64,000 bases of DNA from an uncultured Methanomicrobiales archaeon (GTDB lineage: Archaea > Halobacteriota > Methanomicrobia > Methanomicrobiales > Methanospirillaceae), in assembly GCA_963758915.1 (NCBI GenBank), contig CAVWXH010000010.1, positions 96,001-160,000 on the forward strand, written 5' to 3'. The position numbers were made by a program, and so were the translations under genes. A model generated the notes under the pieces. That model was not told where the DNA came from and did not search any database. It saw only the letters and a program-made list of their open reading frames with translations. Positions 61,891 to 64,000 of this stretch are shown here, in pieces. The number at the start of each line of letters is the position of its first letter. The first letter of the stretch is position 1.

Positions 61891-62106
61891 CCCAGAGCAG
61901 TCCGATAGTATATTCGGGTCTAATGAGGAATCAACCGTATAAGGCCCAGATTACTTCCAGATTTACTTATACAACCAAACCCATTCTAAATATACTAATA
62001 GCATACATACAGCGCTTTTTCGTAAATGCGTAAACTACAGTTAACTTAAGAACGCGGTTATATTGTAGATAAACCAACAGTATATCTGAAAGAGTTGTGG
62101 TGAATT

Positions 62107-63249
62107 ATGGGACGGAAAGCTGGAGAATTTGTGCGACAGGATCGGGGGTATGATGCCTTCATCCCCAATCCTTTACCGCCGGATATTGAATATGATGATG
62201 AATTGCGTCTTCTTCTCTCGAAGGCCGATGCAGCCCTGGCCCGCCTTGACGGGGTAACTGAAGTCCTCCCGAATCCCGATATCTTTGTTGCAATGTACGT
62301 GAAGAAAGAAGCGTTGCTATCCGCCCAGATTGAAGGGACGCAGGTCTCGCTTCAGGGGGTGCTGGAATTCGAAGCAAATCTCAAACCAAAGGAGGATATC
62401 CGGGATATCAGGGAAGTTATCAATTACATACGAGCCATGAATTATGGCGTCGAGCATCTTCGGAATGGTGACCTGGACCTTGCGTTAATCAACGAGTCCC
62501 ATAAGACGCTGATTACCGGGACGAGGGGTTCTGATAAAAATCCCGGCAGATACAAGGACAAACAGAATTTTCTTGGAACCCCGGGAGGATCTATCTTCCA
62601 GGCATCATTTATCCCGCCGCCACCGGCAAAAATTGAACAGCTGATGGGGGAACTTGAAAAATTCATCAAAGAAAAAGACAAGTTGCCGGTACTCATCAAA
62701 ATTGCACTGATTCATGCACAGTTTGAAACGATCCACCCCTACCTTGATGGTAACGGGAGGATGGGACGGCTTCTTATCACGTACTATCTCTATTGGACGA
62801 AATCGCTATCGAGGCCCCTGCTCTACCTGAGTTTCTATCTCAAGAAATACAAACCGGAATATGCTGAACACCTTAACAGAATACGGTTTCATGATGACTG
62901 GGAGGCCTGGTTGAAATTTTTCTTAAAGGGCGTTATTGAAGTATCAGAGAACGCCATTCAATCGGCAAGGGAAATTATCGCGTTGAAGGATAGTTCGATT
63001 AAGAAACTGATCGAAAATAAGGTAGGTGGAATGAATGCGATCAGGTTACTTGATCTCTTATTCGACAATCCGACTGTTTCAATCAGAGAAGTGGCGGATG
63101 AACTGAAGATCAGCCCGGTCGCTGCAAACAAACTGGTCAACAAAATGGTGGGCCTGGGTATCCTGCAGGAAATTACCGGAAAAGAACGATACCAGATGTT
63201 TGCATTTGTTGATTTTATCAGGATTATTGAAAAGGGGACACGGGTGTAA
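62107..63249 (+). CDS. Fic family protein (class II, C-terminal HTH)
   Basis: HPYLDGNGRMGR catalytic motif; N-terminal SAQIEG inhibitory motif. Confidence 0.95.
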   Translation: MGRKAGEFVRQDRGYDAFIPNPLPPDIEYDDELRLLLSKADAALARLDGVTEVLPNPDIFVAMYVKKEALLSAQIEGTQVSLQGVLEFEANLKPKEDIRDIREVINYIRAMNYGVEHLRNGDLDLALINESHKTLITGTRGSDKNPGRYKDKQNFLGTPGGSIFQASFIPPPPAKIEQLMGELEKFIKEKDKLPVLIKIALIHAQFETIHPYLDGNGRMGRLLITYYLYWTKSLSRPLLYLSFYLKKYKPEYAEHLNRIRFHDDWEAWLKFFLKGVIEVSENAIQSAREIIALKDSSIKKLIENKVGGMNAIRLLDLLFDNPTVSIREVADELKISPVAANKLVNKMVGLGILQEITGKERYQMFAFVDFIRIIEKGTRV

Positions 63250-63402
63250 TTACCCGCGGTTTTTAACGGAACGAAAAATTGGGAGGTGGCTAAACCTCCC
63301 GGCTCCCTCTATGCCCCGAAGGGCAACTACTACTCTGTCGCAAATCAGTATCAACCTCTGCGAAATTGTAGCCCCGGAAAAATTAGGTACGGGAAAAAAG
63401 AT

Positions 63403-63763
63403 CTATTGATTTACATTTGGTGGATTTTTCCTGCCTGCTACCTTTAAGGCATATATCAGGCCAATTGCAACTAGAAATGCCAGAATCGTCCCTCCCACAA
63501 TTGCAAGAATTCCACCCGTAGAACCCAATCCCTTCACCAAGTGAATAATCCGGCATCGGGGCTGAATACGCAAACTTTCCTTCCAGATTCTCCTGAATTT
63601 CTGCATCAGGTGGAGTTGGCCCGATGAGTGATTTCTGTCCCTGGATAATCAGGGCTGTGCTTTCCATGCCATCCGGATCGCTTGATGCAAGGAATACTGC
63701 CACCACCCCGATAAGTATTGCGATGACAAGACCCCCAATTATCAGAGTTTTATTGTCGATCAT
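63403..63763 (-). pseudogene. PDGLE-domain Co/Ni ECF transporter accessory protein with +1 frameshift at ~63530
   Basis: ASSDPDGME...APMPDY joins LGSTGGILAIVGGT. Confidence 0.8.
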
Positions 63764-64000
63764 GCAACTGCACCCGCCTTTGCTGGTAATACACCTTGAT
63801 CCACCATATCAGGCCTCACGTTCATAATCAGGTAAATCGCACCTACCGTGATAACCCCCTCAACAACTCCGATGACTGCATGGTACAATCCCATCGCAAT
63901 CATACCCATTTCGAGCGGGAATGTTCCGGCGAGCCAGAGTTCAACTGATGCACAGATTGCCGGAATAAAGCAGGCAAGCCATGCGGCGATGAATGCAGAG
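63760..64000 (-). CDS. cbiM: CbiM/NikM ECF S component, C-terminal part (runs out of window)
   Basis: Manual translation AFIAAWLA...CASVELWLAG...MGLYHAVIGVVEGVIT...RPD. Confidence 0.85.
   Translation of the reverse strand, partial: SAFIAAWLACFIPAICASVELWLAGTFPLEMGMIAMGLYHAVIGVVEGVITVGAIYLIMNVRPDMVDQGVLPAKAGAVA

Larger units (their letters stand above)
48265..63340. mobile_element. Putative genomic island adjacent to tRNA-Met (right boundary uncertain)
   Basis: Abrupt switch from housekeeping genes to excisionase-type HTH, DUF6573-like, Fic, iteron-like repeats, long structured repeats and stress cargo; no integrase or attR seen. Confidence 0.65.

Noticed and set aside
48240-64000. attR duplication of the tRNA-Met 3' end
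   Set aside because: Not found by eye within the window; it may lie downstream

Overview
This is archaeal methanogen DNA, most consistent with Methanomicrobiales (inferred from gene content: aIF5B, TFB, eS6/eS8, Gar1, SRP19, F420:NADP reductase, archease/RtcB, DUF2111/DUF2115/DUF2551). Positions 1-48.3 kb are mostly housekeeping core, with an SRP RNA, six tRNAs, a birA-bioY-ECF-pycBA cluster carrying a BirA operator, two copies of an IS903-like MITE and a tRNA-Ala-derived 99-bp tandem repeat. Immediately after an intron-containing tRNA-Met (48152-48264) an accessory island begins and runs to at least ~63.3 kb. It holds (i) a translationally coupled operon of small mobile-element genes (excisionase-type HTH, DUF6573-like) enclosed by two diverged, inverted copies of a 570-700 bp non-coding element; these copies show compensatory base changes and DNA-type GNA triloops, and further partial copies border the other modules. 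This is the best candidate for an undescribed ssDNA-structure-based system. The island also holds (ii) a nitrosative/sulfite-stress cargo (two small siroheme reductases, Hcp, HxlR with a duplicated promoter/operator, TrmB, cupins), (iii) a RecA/RadA-like gene flanked by hairpin direct repeats, iteron-like repeats and a Fic gene. Six +1 G/C frameshifts occur only beyond 50 kb and are probably sequencing errors. No integrase, relaxase or attR is visible in the window. All family calls come from motif recognition, not database searches.
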